Shown here: positions 1 to 10,397 of the stretch, one piece after another
How the letters are laid out: each line of letters opens with the position of its first letter
Position numbering within the stretch: position 1 is the stretch's first letter
Assembly (NCBI RefSeq): GCF_021378375.1
Contig: NZ_CP076228.1
Coordinates: forward strand, 1,110,001-1,142,000
DNA from: Wolbachia endosymbiont of Drosophila innubila
Lineage (GTDB): Bacteria; Pseudomonadota; Alphaproteobacteria; Rickettsiales; Anaplasmataceae
Length of the DNA: 32,000 nt
Direction: 5' to 3'
Notes under the pieces: model-generated
Databases searched by the model: none
The model's input: only the letters and a program-made list of their open reading frames with translations
Told to the model about the DNA's origin: nothing
Position numbers and translations under genes: made by a program

Positions 1-301
1 ACTATTAATGCTGCTATTTTGTATTTCTTAGCGCACATATTTCTTTTTGTAGAAGCTTTCCTCTCTATCCAAGATTCTTTCCGAAAAATAAAATTTCTGA
101 CATCATATAAAAGTTACTTCCCCTATTAACTAGCATAATTATAATAGCAAAAGAGATATTTAGAGAGCTCAAAATCTATCTTTGCCTGCGGATTAAACAA
201 CTAAATTTTAGTAAAAAATGATAGTATTACAAATCGTAAAATACTTTCAACATAGGAAAAATAAATTGCATATTTTTCAGTAAATTAGCTATGCTAAACA
301 C

Positions 302-1366
302 ATGCAAAAACGTCATATAACTATTTGTTTCATACTGCTTTTTATAATAGGGATGTTATTCCTGATGCGTCCTATGATTTTTCCATGTTTAATATCTATT
401 ATTATTGCATATTTGTTTAATCCGCTAGTAGTCAAGTTTGAAAAGTATAGAATACCACGTTCATGTTCTGTAATTTTTATAATACTTATTTTATTAATAG
501 CTTTTATACTAGTCATAACATTTGTTTTACCTATTATATATGTTCAAATTACTTCAATATTAAATTTCTTAGTGAGTAAAGTGCCTTCATTAAAGTTTAA
601 AGTAATCCCCTCTGTATTAGAATTTCTTAATATGAAAATCGAGGATAGCTTATTTGATCATTTATCTAAAAATCTAGCAGAAAATTACAGCAACTATGTA
701 TCTTATTTCATGAATGCTCTTGATATTGCTAGTAACTTTATAATCCAAGTGTTAAGTTCAAGCTTTAACACGGTATCATTAATGGTGATTACTCCTGTAG
801 TGTTTTTCTATATATTACGTGATTGGCCTTTAATTATAGAAAAAGCTAGTAAATTAATCCCTATTCCTTACAGAGGAAAAATTGCAGATTATTTTTCCAA
901 AGTGGATTTCATTATATCTAATTATCTAAAGGGGCAGGTAAATGTATGTATTGTCATGATGGTCTTTTACTCTGTGAGTCTGAGCATAATTGGATTGGAA
1001 CACTCTATTGTTATTGGAATTTTATCAGGAATGTTAACGTTCATACCTTACGTAGGGCCATTATTATATACCATTATTGGGTTTTTGAGCGCTATCACTC
1101 AATTTAGTGGATGGTTTGAAAGTGCTGCTGTTTTGCTATTATTTGGTGTTGGACAATTAATAGATTCAAATATATTAGTTCCTTTATTAATAGGAAAAAA
1201 AGTTCATATACATCCAACTGTAATTATTCTGGGAATTACTATATGCGCTTCATATTTTGGATTTACAGGTATATTACTTTTTATTCCAATAATAGCAATG
1301 TTCAATGTATCAGTAGAATATGCAATCAATAAATATTTTAAAAGTGAGCTTTATAAAAACGGCTAA
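302..1366 (+). CDS. AI-2E family transporter (PerM/UPF0118-like permease)
   Basis: 354-aa ORF that is hydrophobic throughout with multiple predicted TM helices. The C-terminal stretch GQLIDSNILVPLLIGKKVHIHPTVIILG resembles the conserved AI-2E/PerM signature. Confidence 0.7.
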   Translation: MQKRHITICFILLFIIGMLFLMRPMIFPCLISIIIAYLFNPLVVKFEKYRIPRSCSVIFIILILLIAFILVITFVLPIIYVQITSILNFLVSKVPSLKFKVIPSVLEFLNMKIEDSLFDHLSKNLAENYSNYVSYFMNALDIASNFIIQVLSSSFNTVSLMVITPVVFFYILRDWPLIIEKASKLIPIPYRGKIADYFSKVDFIISNYLKGQVNVCIVMMVFYSVSLSIIGLEHSIVIGILSGMLTFIPYVGPLLYTIIGFLSAITQFSGWFESAAVLLLFGVGQLIDSNILVPLLIGKKVHIHPTVIILGITICASYFGFTGILLFIPIIAMFNVSVEYAINKYFKSELYKNG

Positions 1367-1495
1367 CAGACCTTTTGCATAATCAATTTATGGTAAGAGG
1401 AGAAATGAGCCCAGAATACCTGACACATTTGAGGAGCGTAAGTAAATTTCTGCGCAAAAATTACTACCAGAAAGAGGTTACGTAAGAGGTTCAAC

Positions 1496-2131
1496 GTGCA
1501 ATTAAATTTATTTAACAACAATCAAGCTGATTATAGCCGGCAAAATTACATCATCTTAGATGAAAATAAGCACGTATATAATTCGGTAGTTAATGATTTA
1601 TCTTGGAAATGTCTGATTCTTTTTGGACCTAAAAGCTCCGGTAAAACTCATCTTGCTCATATTTGGCAATCAATAAACGATGCAATCTTTATCAATGTGA
1701 ATAACTTCGTAAGCGAGATTAGGTATAGCGATGCTTTTATTTTAGAAGACGTACAAAACATTAAAGATGAAGCCATGTTATTACATTGTTACAATTACAT
1801 GAAAGAAAACGACAAGAGGCTGCTAATCACTTCTTCAATTTCACCAAAAAAGCTTAACTTCAAACTAAGAGATTTAAGTTCTCGAATATTATCAACTATC
1901 AGCGTAAAAATTTTGCCTGCAAGCGAGGAATTATTAAGAATTATGCTAATAAAACGATTTTCAGATAAACAGTTAAAAATTGATTTAAAAGTGATTGATT
2001 ATATTTTAGCAAGAATAGAACGTTCTTTCTATAGCATTGATAAAATTATAGAAAAGATAGATAATGAATCTATAGGGTCAAATGTGACCGTTCCTTTTAT
2101 TAGCACTTTATTAAAAAAAGATGCCATTTGA
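1496..2131 (+). CDS. DnaA-related AAA+ protein, Hda/HdaA-like regulatory inactivator of DnaA
   Basis: 211 aa with a GTG start and Walker A LILFGPKSSGKTHLAHIW. The C-terminal part (LRDLSSRILS...LKVIDYILARIERSF) is typical of short Hda-type DnaA paralogues. Confidence 0.65.
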   Translation: MQLNLFNNNQADYSRQNYIILDENKHVYNSVVNDLSWKCLILFGPKSSGKTHLAHIWQSINDAIFINVNNFVSEIRYSDAFILEDVQNIKDEAMLLHCYNYMKENDKRLLITSSISPKKLNFKLRDLSSRILSTISVKILPASEELLRIMLIKRFSDKQLKIDLKVIDYILARIERSFYSIDKIIEKIDNESIGSNVTVPFISTLLKKDAI

Positions 2132-2496
2132 TTTCTTCTTTTGTAAAGGTGTATATTAAAAATTTATTAACACCCATAACACTAACGTAATTGGAATCTC
2201 TACCTGTCCATGTTAGAATTATAATCAATGTTATGTTATAATAAATATAGATAGATACAGCTAAGAAGTATTCTATATTTATAGTAGAGCTCACTTTATA
2301 AGGTGTTTTTTATAGATTTAACGTTATAATTTAACTATGATAAGAGTAAGATTAAATTTAAGAAAAAGGTTAAAGCAAAAGTTTGTGATGTTCACTCTAT
2401 TGATAAATGCTTTATTTGTCTCATATTTTCTCATAAGAAACACAGGGAACACTTCTAATCAAATTATAGCCAAAGAAATAAATATAGGAACTGATA

Positions 2497-3483
2497 ATGA
2501 AAAATAAACAGTCGCAAAATAAAAAAGAAAATCTTTACATAACATATTACATAGATGCTTTAGCTTCAGAGAGGTCCGCTGCACAAAATACTCTGGAAAG
2601 TTATCGTTCGGATTTACACCAGTTTGAAGAATTTTTATTGGAAAGCGGCACTACCTTGGTTGGTGTAAACAAAACCAATATTAAAGATTATGTGAAATCT
2701 TTATGTACACAAAAAAAATATAAAAGTAGCTCTATATCAAGAAAAATATCCGCTATGAAAAATTTTTACAAGTGTCTATTTAATGACGGAATAATAGATT
2801 TTAATCCAGCGCCGGCTAATGATGCTGAATTAAAGAATCCAAAAGTTTCTCGTCCTTTGCCTAAGTATTTAAGTGTCGAAGAAATATTTTTGCTAATGGA
2901 CACAGTGAGAAAATCAGCAAGCGAATCGAATAAAGAGATAAGCAGTAAAAGGCTATGTGCGATTTTAGATATCCTTTACTCTTCTGGAATGCGTGTTTCT
3001 GAACTAATTAGTATGAAATTATGTGAAGTGTCACATTTAATAAACAGTAATAACAAAGAATGCTATATAATAATAAAAGGAAAAAGTGGTAGAGAGAGGC
3101 AAATTCTTTTTAATGAACAAGCATTGCAGAGCCTTAGAAATTATTTATCAGTTCGTGATAATCTGATCTCTAAAGAAAAGGAATCCGATTGGCTATTCCC
3201 AGGTGATAAACCTAATAAACCAATTACAAGGCAGAGGGTCGGTCAATTAATGAAGGAGTTGGCAAGAAAATGCAATATTGATGAAAATAAGATCTCTCCA
3301 CACGCGGTTAGGCATTCTTTTGCTACCCATCTACTAAATAGCGGAGTAAATATTGTGTTGATACAGAAAGTTCTTGGCCATACTAACCTTTCTACAACAC
3401 AAATATATACTCATATTGCTAACGAAAAGTTAAAGGACAAATTAGCTGATTCGCATCCTATTACTCAGATGATCAATAATTAA
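2497..3483 (+). CDS. xerD: site-specific tyrosine recombinase XerD (XerC/D family)
   Basis: N-terminal SAM-like core-binding motif (ERSAAQNTLESYRSDLHQFEEFL). The catalytic C-terminus carries the conserved R, HAVRHSFATHLL and LGHTNLSTTQIYTH (H-x-x-R ... Y). Confidence 0.75.
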   Translation: MKNKQSQNKKENLYITYYIDALASERSAAQNTLESYRSDLHQFEEFLLESGTTLVGVNKTNIKDYVKSLCTQKKYKSSSISRKISAMKNFYKCLFNDGIIDFNPAPANDAELKNPKVSRPLPKYLSVEEIFLLMDTVRKSASESNKEISSKRLCAILDILYSSGMRVSELISMKLCEVSHLINSNNKECYIIIKGKSGRERQILFNEQALQSLRNYLSVRDNLISKEKESDWLFPGDKPNKPITRQRVGQLMKELARKCNIDENKISPHAVRHSFATHLLNSGVNIVLIQKVLGHTNLSTTQIYTHIANEKLKDKLADSHPITQMINN

Positions 3484-3538
3484 ATTTATTGTTTTTAATT
3501 TGTAATAAAGTTAAATTTAAATAAATTTATGTGAGTTT

Positions 3539-4264
3539 GTGATTTCAAGTTTATTGTTTAATTTCTTTCTTATATTATGGGAGGTATTCTATACTTTCAT
3601 TACTCTCCCTGTAATTTTCTTTTCTGAGTGTGTAATAACCATTTTCCTCGTCTGTTCGGTGAGAGTTGTATTATTCATGCTGCGTTTATTATGTGGCATT
3701 AAATATGAAGTGAGGGGAATGGAAAACATCCCTAAGCAACCTTTTATCATTGCATCTAAACACCAATCTCCATTTGAAACATTTATTTTTATACTACTAT
3801 TTAGAAAAGCGGTTTTTATTTTAAAACGTGAATTGAAATGGATTCCATTCATTGGTTTGCATCTTATAGCGCTGAAAATGATTTTTATTAACCGTTCAGA
3901 TGGTATCAGTTCTATACGCCATATAATCAAACTAGCAAAAATGCGTATAAAAGAAAATAGAAGCATAATAATATTTCCTGAAGGTACAAGAACAACTATA
4001 AACCAAAATATAAAATATCAACCAGGTATTGCTGCTTTATATAGCGTATTATCTGTTCCTGTGTTACCGGTTGCTTTAAACACTGGTTTGTTTTGGCCAA
4101 AAAGCATACTTTCTCTGAGAAAGAATCCCGGAAAGGCAGTAATAGAAATATTGCCCCCAATATATCCTGGGTTAAACAAAAATGAATTCTTGCAAAGTTT
4201 AGAAAAAATTATTGAAGAGAGAAGCAGTAGATTAACCATAGGAAAAACTGATATTGCAAATTAA
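3539..4264 (+). CDS. plsC: 1-acyl-sn-glycerol-3-phosphate acyltransferase
   Basis: N-terminal TM segment, acyltransferase block I variant (ASKHQSPFETF) and block III (IIIFPEGTRT). The GTG start at 3539 is uncertain. Confidence 0.75.
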   Translation: MISSLLFNFFLILWEVFYTFITLPVIFFSECVITIFLVCSVRVVLFMLRLLCGIKYEVRGMENIPKQPFIIASKHQSPFETFIFILLFRKAVFILKRELKWIPFIGLHLIALKMIFINRSDGISSIRHIIKLAKMRIKENRSIIIFPEGTRTTINQNIKYQPGIAALYSVLSVPVLPVALNTGLFWPKSILSLRKNPGKAVIEILPPIYPGLNKNEFLQSLEKIIEERSSRLTIGKTDIAN

Positions 4265-4315
4265 CAAAAAAACTTTATAATTAAAAGAAAAGTACAGTAT
4301 TTTAGGTATTAATAT

Positions 4316-4585
4316 ATGGCAAATCATAAGAGTGCTAAAAAAATGATAAAGGTAATAGCAAAGCGCACTTTAATAAATAAGATGCGGAAAAGTAAAACTC
4401 GCACTGCTATTAGAAATTTGGTTGATATAATCAAGTCTGGCGACAAAGAAAATGTTGTTCTGGCATTTCGGAATGCTGAATCTAATTTACACAAGTGTGT
4501 GAATAAAGGTGTTATTCATAGGAATACCGCTGCGCGTAAAATAAGTCGCTTAAATGCAAAAGTAAAAGCATTGATGACCGCTTAA
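4316..4585 (+). CDS. rpsT: 30S ribosomal protein S20
   Basis: 89 aa and highly basic. MANHKSAKKMIK...RNTAARKISRLNAKVKAL is the classic S20 N- and C-terminal pattern. Confidence 0.9.
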   Translation: MANHKSAKKMIKVIAKRTLINKMRKSKTRTAIRNLVDIIKSGDKENVVLAFRNAESNLHKCVNKGVIHRNTAARKISRLNAKVKALMTA

Positions 4586-4662
4586 TACGGTTAATGTAAA
4601 GTTAACTGTATTAATATATACTCCTCAGTTTGTATATTCTGTATAAAATTTAAGTAGCTTAA

Positions 4663-5916
4663 GTGATGGATAAAAAAGTGCTATTAGAACTAAGTAATGG
4701 ATTAAAAATCGAGCTACCTGTATTAAGCGGAACAACAGGTCCTGATGTGTTAAATATCAAGGATTTATATAAGATGACAGGATTATTCACTTACGATCCA
4801 GGGTTTGTTTCTACAGCTTCATGCTCTTCTACAATTACATTCATTGATGGAGATGAAGGAGTTCTTAAATATAGGGGACATAATATAGCTGATTTGGCAG
4901 AGAATAATAATTTTACTGCTGTGATTTATTTATTGCTCTATGGTGAATTACCCAGTTCAGAGCAACACAAAAAATTTCTTCTCAAAATACAAGAATCATC
5001 CAAAGTATCAGAGCAAGTTACAAATGTAATTAAAGCATTTCCAAAAACTGCTCACCCTATGTCAATCTTAGTTGCATGTTTTGCAAGTTTGTCAGCATCT
5101 TATCATGAAAAGCATGGCAACAATGTCAATGGTGAAGACCTAGATTTTGGAATTTCTGCAATAGCGCAAGTTTCCACAATTATTGCAATGATTTATAGGC
5201 ATATCAACAATCAGGAATTCATAAATGCTAACAATGAATTAAGTTACAGTGAAAATTTCTTAAAGATGATATTTGGCGATGCTGTTGATAATGATAAAAG
5301 CGCCCTTTTTGCAAAAGCTCTGGATAAAATATTTACTCTCCATGCTGATCATGAACAGAATGCTTCTACGGCGGCTGTCAGATTGGTGGGATCGGCTGGT
5401 TCTAATCTGTTTGCAAGCCTCTCTGCAGGAGTTGCTACACTTTGGGGACCAGCACATGGTGGAGCTAATGAGGCAGTTATAAATATGCTAAAAGAGATAG
5501 AGCAAAGTGGAGATATAGATAAATTCATCGAAAAAGCTAAAGATGATAAAGATCCATTTAAATTGATGGGATTTGGACATCGTGTTTATAAAAATTATGA
5601 TCCGCGCGCGCGTATATTGGAAGGCGCTTGCCATGAGGTTCTAAGTAAACTAGAACAAAATAATGAACTGCTTAAAATTGCAAAAAAACTTGAAGAAATA
5701 GCTTTAAAGGATGAATATTTTATCGTGCGTAAGTTATATCCAAATGTTGATTTTTACTCAGGTATAATAATGAATGCTATTGATATCCCCTCAAATATGT
5801 TCACGCCTATTTTTGCACTTGCAAGAACCACTGGTTGGGTTACTCAGTGGTATGAAATGATAAATGATAAAGAAACTAAGATCTGTAGACCAAGGCAACT
5901 CTATTTTGGTAAATAA
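4663..5916 (+). CDS. gltA: citrate synthase
   Basis: 417 aa with citrate synthase signatures LHADHEQNASTAAVRLVGS, GPAHGGANEAV and GFGHRVYKNYDPRA. GTG at 4663 or ATG at 4666 could be the start. Confidence 0.92.
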   Translation: MMDKKVLLELSNGLKIELPVLSGTTGPDVLNIKDLYKMTGLFTYDPGFVSTASCSSTITFIDGDEGVLKYRGHNIADLAENNNFTAVIYLLLYGELPSSEQHKKFLLKIQESSKVSEQVTNVIKAFPKTAHPMSILVACFASLSASYHEKHGNNVNGEDLDFGISAIAQVSTIIAMIYRHINNQEFINANNELSYSENFLKMIFGDAVDNDKSALFAKALDKIFTLHADHEQNASTAAVRLVGSAGSNLFASLSAGVATLWGPAHGGANEAVINMLKEIEQSGDIDKFIEKAKDDKDPFKLMGFGHRVYKNYDPRARILEGACHEVLSKLEQNNELLKIAKKLEEIALKDEYFIVRKLYPNVDFYSGIIMNAIDIPSNMFTPIFALARTTGWVTQWYEMINDKETKICRPRQLYFGK

Positions 5917-5969
5917 ATTTATTTTCACTTCATTAGACTTCTTGCATAACCCAAACTAAGTAGAAAAAA

Positions 5970-6072
5970 GGTGTCATCCGAGTAGCTGACACTGGTTCCT
6001 TTACGACGGAAGTGTCCAGAGGTGTCATTCCAGTCTGGAATCCAGAAAAAAGGATGGTGTCATTCCGTATCC
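5970..6072. repeat. cluster of short palindromic repeat units (Wolbachia/Rickettsia palindromic-element-like)
   Basis: Hairpins gtgtca-N10-tgacac and attccag-t-ctggaat are followed by atccagaaaaaaggatgg. The same motifs (gtcatYccag, ctggRatccagaaaaaa) recur at 12392-12510, and tgacactggWWcctt recurs at 19424-19440. Confidence 0.55.
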
Positions 6073-7550
6073 GTTCAGCCAATGGCGTCAACTTAAGAAC
6101 TTTCATTAGCAAACTCTCCTAAAGACATGATGGCGTTTAGGCTTATCTACTTTATTGCGGCTGTCCCGGTCGGATTTTAACTTTAGCGCGTATACTTAAA
6201 AAGGGCTTGAAAGTTTTTTGGCGCAATAAGTACCTGATAGAGTTTCTGCCTCATTACACCAAATAAAACTGAAAAATTTAAACGATACTCATACCAATTC
6301 TCATTATTAGTGAATCAAATAAGCGATATTGTAGAGTTATTTAATTGTGGAGTGAGAAAGAAAGGCAATAGTATGGCTTTTTTTCCATTGTTATCTATCC
6401 GTTTATTGTGCAGTGGGAATTGGTATCAGTAATTTGATCTGGGTTCCAAGGCCCTTGTGCATCACACATATGAAGCGATAATATATTGCACATGACCAAG
6501 TTTGCCCAAAATTCTTGTAATACAGCCTCTCCAGAAAAATTCTCTAACTCTGCTCCTACTTTGAGTCGTTTATAGCACTCCTCTATGTGCCACCTTAACA
6601 CATAAGCTTTGCTCCAAAGTCTCGGTCAAAAACTCTGTTTCTCAGTTGGCTAATGTCAGCACTATAACTCTTACTTTCTGTCCTTTCATTTTATTTTTAG
6701 CTTTTCATTTTCTAATATAAAATCAAAATCTAATTCGCCAGCGTTCCCATAGCTTACTATAATTTCTTTTTTGCAAGCGAAAAATAAAATCTACTTCCAA
6801 ATTATAATGCTGCTGAATGAATTTTACTGAAGACGATCATAGATAAATAATAATTTCTCTTGATTTAATAAACGCATTTGAGTGATAACTTCGGGTAATT
6901 GCTCTGCCGCCAACGTTTGTTCACCTATATTCCAAGCTGCAAGACGAGCACTGCAAATCAATGAAGTACACAAATCAACAAACAAATTGCCAATGGTGCC
7001 TGTTGTTCCATTTGGTTCAAACTCGGATACAATTTCCCCAGAGCTGGGTAATCTCATACCAGAACCATCTGCTGCAATAAGTCTATAGCCTCTCAACTCA
7101 GGTTCATCCTGATAGGCTGTTTGGATGCTTAAATTCTTGAAAAAGCCTGTATGGCAAATCTTATACCTTGCTTTAGAAAAAGCTTGCTTTGAGGGTACAT
7201 GTCAATGGCTCCATAAGTTCACATTCTATTCCCAAACTTTTTTTAACTAACTTTAAAATCATAGAAAATACTGTCGAAAAAGGAAGTTTTCTTGTTCGTG
7301 TAAAACTCAACACAATGGATTTTCTGAAAAGTTTTCGAGTATATTGCATTTTTAATTTGTAAGATAAGATCTTTTCCTTTTTGCATGCCTCACCTAAAAA
7401 AGACACATTTTAAACTTTTTTGTTGCAATAAAATAGAAACAAAAGTGCTGTCCCTTGCACTCTTTGGATAATTTAATGATAAAAAATTTGGAGAGAAATT
7501 TTATACACTATCGCTGATATTTTTCCTTAAGTTGACGCCATTGCCTGAAC
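6073..7550 (-). mobile_element. IS4-family insertion sequence, full length but with an inactivated transposase
   Basis: 25-bp terminal inverted repeats: GTTCAGCCAATGGCGTCAACTTAAG at 6073-6097, and its reverse complement at 7526-7550 with one mismatch. They enclose about 1.48 kb carrying transposase fragments on the minus strand. Confidence 0.8.
6395..7406 (-). pseudogene. IS4-family DDE transposase, broken into at least 3 ORF fragments
   Basis: The fragments are 7173-7406 (N-terminus, FTRTRKLPFSTVFSMILK), 6824-7096 (GYRLIAADGSGMRLP, a DDE aspartate region) and 6395-6601 (RWHIEECYKRLK, the Y-R-E-K C-terminal motif). Stops and frameshifts separate them. Confidence 0.75.
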
Positions 7551-7707
7551 ACTTACCTAATGATGAAGCTATCGAAAACATAGCAAAGAGACTTCAAAAA
7601 TCTATAGACGATGCAAAAAAGCACAAGGTCATGTTTAGTGTTGATGTATTCCAAGGAGAAAAAAGTCATCAATAATAGATTATTCGATACTGATCTTATA
7701 CCACCTC

Positions 7708-7923
7708 ATGGAGCAAGATAAAAATGTTACTGAGACTGGAAAAGAAAAACTACGGCCTCTTATGTTAGAAATGTTTAATCTAGTTTCAACAGGCACTGAT
7801 GTGAGCCAAGAAGTTCGGAGATTATTGCCAGAAGATATACTGAAAGAACGCGGCGAATATTTGTCACGTCTAAAACAAATTGTAAGTGATAGTATTGAAA
7901 ATGACAAAAAAAAGGAATTGTAG
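7708..7923 (+). CDS. hypothetical short ORF, possibly a fragment of a decayed gene
   Basis: 71-aa charged ORF with no recognisable motif. It lies in a stretch (7551-8390) of several short same-strand ORFs next to the IS. Confidence 0.2.
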   Translation: MEQDKNVTETGKEKLRPLMLEMFNLVSTGTDVSQEVRRLLPEDILKERGEYLSRLKQIVSDSIENDKKKEL

Positions 7924-8087
7924 TAGAAAGAGATAATAAATTTTATTATGTACAGTGTCCAGAAAAAAGTGTGATCACTCCTGCAAAATTTATGAACTCC
8001 CCGGAATTTAAGGACTTAGAATATGGTGCATTGCGAATAGGAGAAGGAGATAATCTAATCTGAATAAAAAGCTGGCAATATCATGAT

Positions 8088-8390
8088 ATGCAAGGCAAAG
8101 TAAAAATGACCTTTAGGGTAGGCGATGAAAAGATCGAAATGATTTTATCTTCTGAAAAAGCTGAAAGTTTTGGTAAAATAATGGTACATATGGATGACAA
8201 AAGTTGTGAAATCTTCTCAAAGTACCTAAAAGAGCTAGAAAAAGAACCTCGTATAAGCAAGGTTGTTGAAGCTGCTAAAAGTTTTGCACAAACGAAAAGC
8301 AGTGCAGTTAGTCCACCTCTTTCTAATATGAAAAGAGTTGACACATCGCAACATTTTCAAAGTAGTGACCATGAATCACCAGAGCATTAA
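8088..8390 (+). CDS. hypothetical protein or gene remnant
   Basis: 100-aa ORF with no recognisable motif, on the same strand as the neighbouring short ORFs. Confidence 0.25.
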   Translation: MQGKVKMTFRVGDEKIEMILSSEKAESFGKIMVHMDDKSCEIFSKYLKELEKEPRISKVVEAAKSFAQTKSSAVSPPLSNMKRVDTSQHFQSSDHESPEH

Positions 8391-8497
8391 CAATTATCAT
8401 ACATACATTGTTGCATATAGCAATAGTGTATGTGTATAGTTAGTAGGGTTTGTAAACTTAATAAAGTCTACAACTAATTTGAAAACTACTTTATTGT

Positions 8498-10024
8498 ATG
8501 CAAGACTTTAAAATACTAGAAAATCTAAAAACCAAAGCACTAGAAGCTGAAAAAGGAGGCGGTTCTGACAGGATTACCAAACAACATGAAAAAGGGAAAT
8601 TAACTGCTAGAGAAAGGCTCAGTATATTGCTCGATGAAAGTTCTTTTGCAGAATACGATAAATTCGTAAAACATCATGCAAATGATTTTGGCATGCAAAA
8701 TGCTAATTTTTTAGGTGATGGGGTAGTGATTGGTCATGGTACTATTTATGGCAGAAAAGTTTTTGTTTATTCTCAGGATTTTACTGTCTTTGGTGGTTCA
8801 CTTGGTGCGTCACATGCAAAAAAAATATGCAAAATTATGGATATGGCAATTAATGCCAGAGTTCCAATTATCGGACTAAATGATTCTGGTGGAGCCAGAA
8901 TTCAGGAAGGAGTAAATTCTCTTGCTGGTTATGGAGAAATTTTTCAAAGAAACGTAAATGCATCGGGTGTTATACCACAAATTTCTTTAATTATGGGCCC
9001 ATGTGCAGGAGGTGCAGTTTATTCCCCAGCATTAACTGACTTTACTTTCATGGTGAAAAACAGTTCATATATGTTTATAACCGGGCCAGATGTAGTAAAA
9101 AAGGTTACCTACGAAGATGTAAGTTTCGAAGACCTCGGTGGAGCAAAAATTCATACAAGCAAAACAGGAGTAGCGGATTTTGCATTCAATAATGATGTTG
9201 AAATGCTGCTAAAAATGCGTGAATTCTTTACTTTCTTACCAGCAAATAATCAAGAATCACCAAAATCTGCACCAATCTGTAATGATGTTGACGACATTGA
9301 TGAATCCTTAAACACTCTAATTCCTACCAATCCTAATACTCCTTATGATATGTATGAACTCATTGAAAAAGTTTGTGATGAAAGGAATTTCTTTGAACTG
9401 AAACCTGATTTTGCTCGTAATATCATAACTGGTTTTGGTAGAATTGGAGGAAATACTGTCGGTATTGTTGCAAATCAACCTATGCACCTTGCAGGATGTT
9501 TGGATATTGATTCTTCAAGAAAAGCTGCGAGGTTTGTAAGGTTTTGTGACGCATTTAACATTCCGATCATCACACTTATTGATGTTCCAGGATTTTTGCC
9601 GGGTACAAATCAAGAATACAATAATATAATACAACACGGAGCGAAACTGCTTTACGCTTACGCTGAAGCGACCGTGCCGAAAATTAGCCTTATCACTAGA
9701 AAAGCGTATGGTGGTGCATACATTGTTATGAATTCGAAACATCTAAAAGGTGATATAAATTATGCCTGGCCAACTGCTGAAATAGCTGTGATGGGCCCTG
9801 AAAGTGCAGTTGAGATTATATTTCGACACGAAAAAGATCAGCAAACGTTAATTAAAGAATATAAAGAAAAATTTGCTAACCCATTTTTTGCTGCATCATA
9901 TGGATACATTGATGACATTATAGTGCCAAGTAAAACAAGGTATCACTTTTGTAAAGCATTAGAGCTACTCAAAAACAAGAAGGTAGAAAGGATATGGAAA
10001 AAGCATGACAACTTACCTCTGTAA
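8498..10024 (+). CDS. pccB: propionyl-CoA carboxylase beta chain (acyl-CoA carboxyltransferase)
   Basis: 508 aa with the typical carboxyltransferase N- and C-domains: [68 protein letters not shown] and [10 protein letters not shown]. Confidence 0.88.
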   Translation: MQDFKILENLKTKALEAEKGGGSDRITKQHEKGKLTARERLSILLDESSFAEYDKFVKHHANDFGMQNANFLGDGVVIGHGTIYGRKVFVYSQDFTVFGGSLGASHAKKICKIMDMAINARVPIIGLNDSGGARIQEGVNSLAGYGEIFQRNVNASGVIPQISLIMGPCAGGAVYSPALTDFTFMVKNSSYMFITGPDVVKKVTYEDVSFEDLGGAKIHTSKTGVADFAFNNDVEMLLKMREFFTFLPANNQESPKSAPICNDVDDIDESLNTLIPTNPNTPYDMYELIEKVCDERNFFELKPDFARNIITGFGRIGGNTVGIVANQPMHLAGCLDIDSSRKAARFVRFCDAFNIPIITLIDVPGFLPGTNQEYNNIIQHGAKLLYAYAEATVPKISLITRKAYGGAYIVMNSKHLKGDINYAWPTAEIAVMGPESAVEIIFRHEKDQQTLIKEYKEKFANPFFAASYGYIDDIIVPSKTRYHFCKALELLKNKKVERIWKKHDNLPL

Positions 10025-10077
10025 CTTTCTTCTAAGCCTTGCTTACAAGTTATGCAATATTATAAGTATAATCAGTG

Positions 10078-10150
10078 TGCCGTTACCAAGACTCGAACTT
10101 GGGACCTCGTCATTACCAATGACGTACTCTACCACCTGAGCTACAACGGC
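10078..10150 (-). tRNA. tRNA-Thr (anticodon GGU)
   Basis: The reverse complement GCCGTTGTAGCTCAGGTGGTAGAGTACGTCATTGGTAATGACGAGGTCCCAAGTTCGAGTCTTGGTAACGGCA folds as a cloverleaf. It has a 7-bp acceptor stem, anticodon stem CGTCA/TGACG, loop TTGGTAA and T-loop TTCGAGT. CCA is not encoded. Confidence 0.9.
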
Positions 10151-10397
10151 AAGTTTATATATTATGATAATGAATAACACAAAAAAGAATAAGGAAAAAG
10201 AAGAGGAGAAAAAAAGATTAGCGAAAGCTTTAAAGCAAAATATTTTGAAAAGAAAAAAGCAGCAACAGAGTAGACAGAGAACCCTTTCAAAACTCGTTTG
10301 TGGTGAGGAATTTTTAGGAGAAAGCACCGCAGAATACTCGAATGTATTTGAGAACGACAAAATTACCATCAGAAACTTAAGTTTTGAAGGAGGTATC

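Noticed and set aside
2132-2496. 365-bp spacer before xerD containing a 64-aa minus-strand ORF
   Set aside because: No motif, no repeat structure and no RNA-gene hallmark was recognised, so it was treated as ordinary AT-rich intergenic sequence.
5260-5482. 65-aa and 69-aa ORFs overlapping gltA
   Set aside because: They are nested in or antisense to citrate synthase.
10164-10397. 78-codon Lys/Glu-rich N-terminal extension of the fpg ORF in the six-frame track
   Set aside because: Fpg requires Pro2 after the initiator Met (MPELPEVE). The internal ATG at 10398 has a gaaggagg Shine-Dalgarno-like sequence. The upstream part is low-complexity and starts only 14 nt from a tRNA gene.
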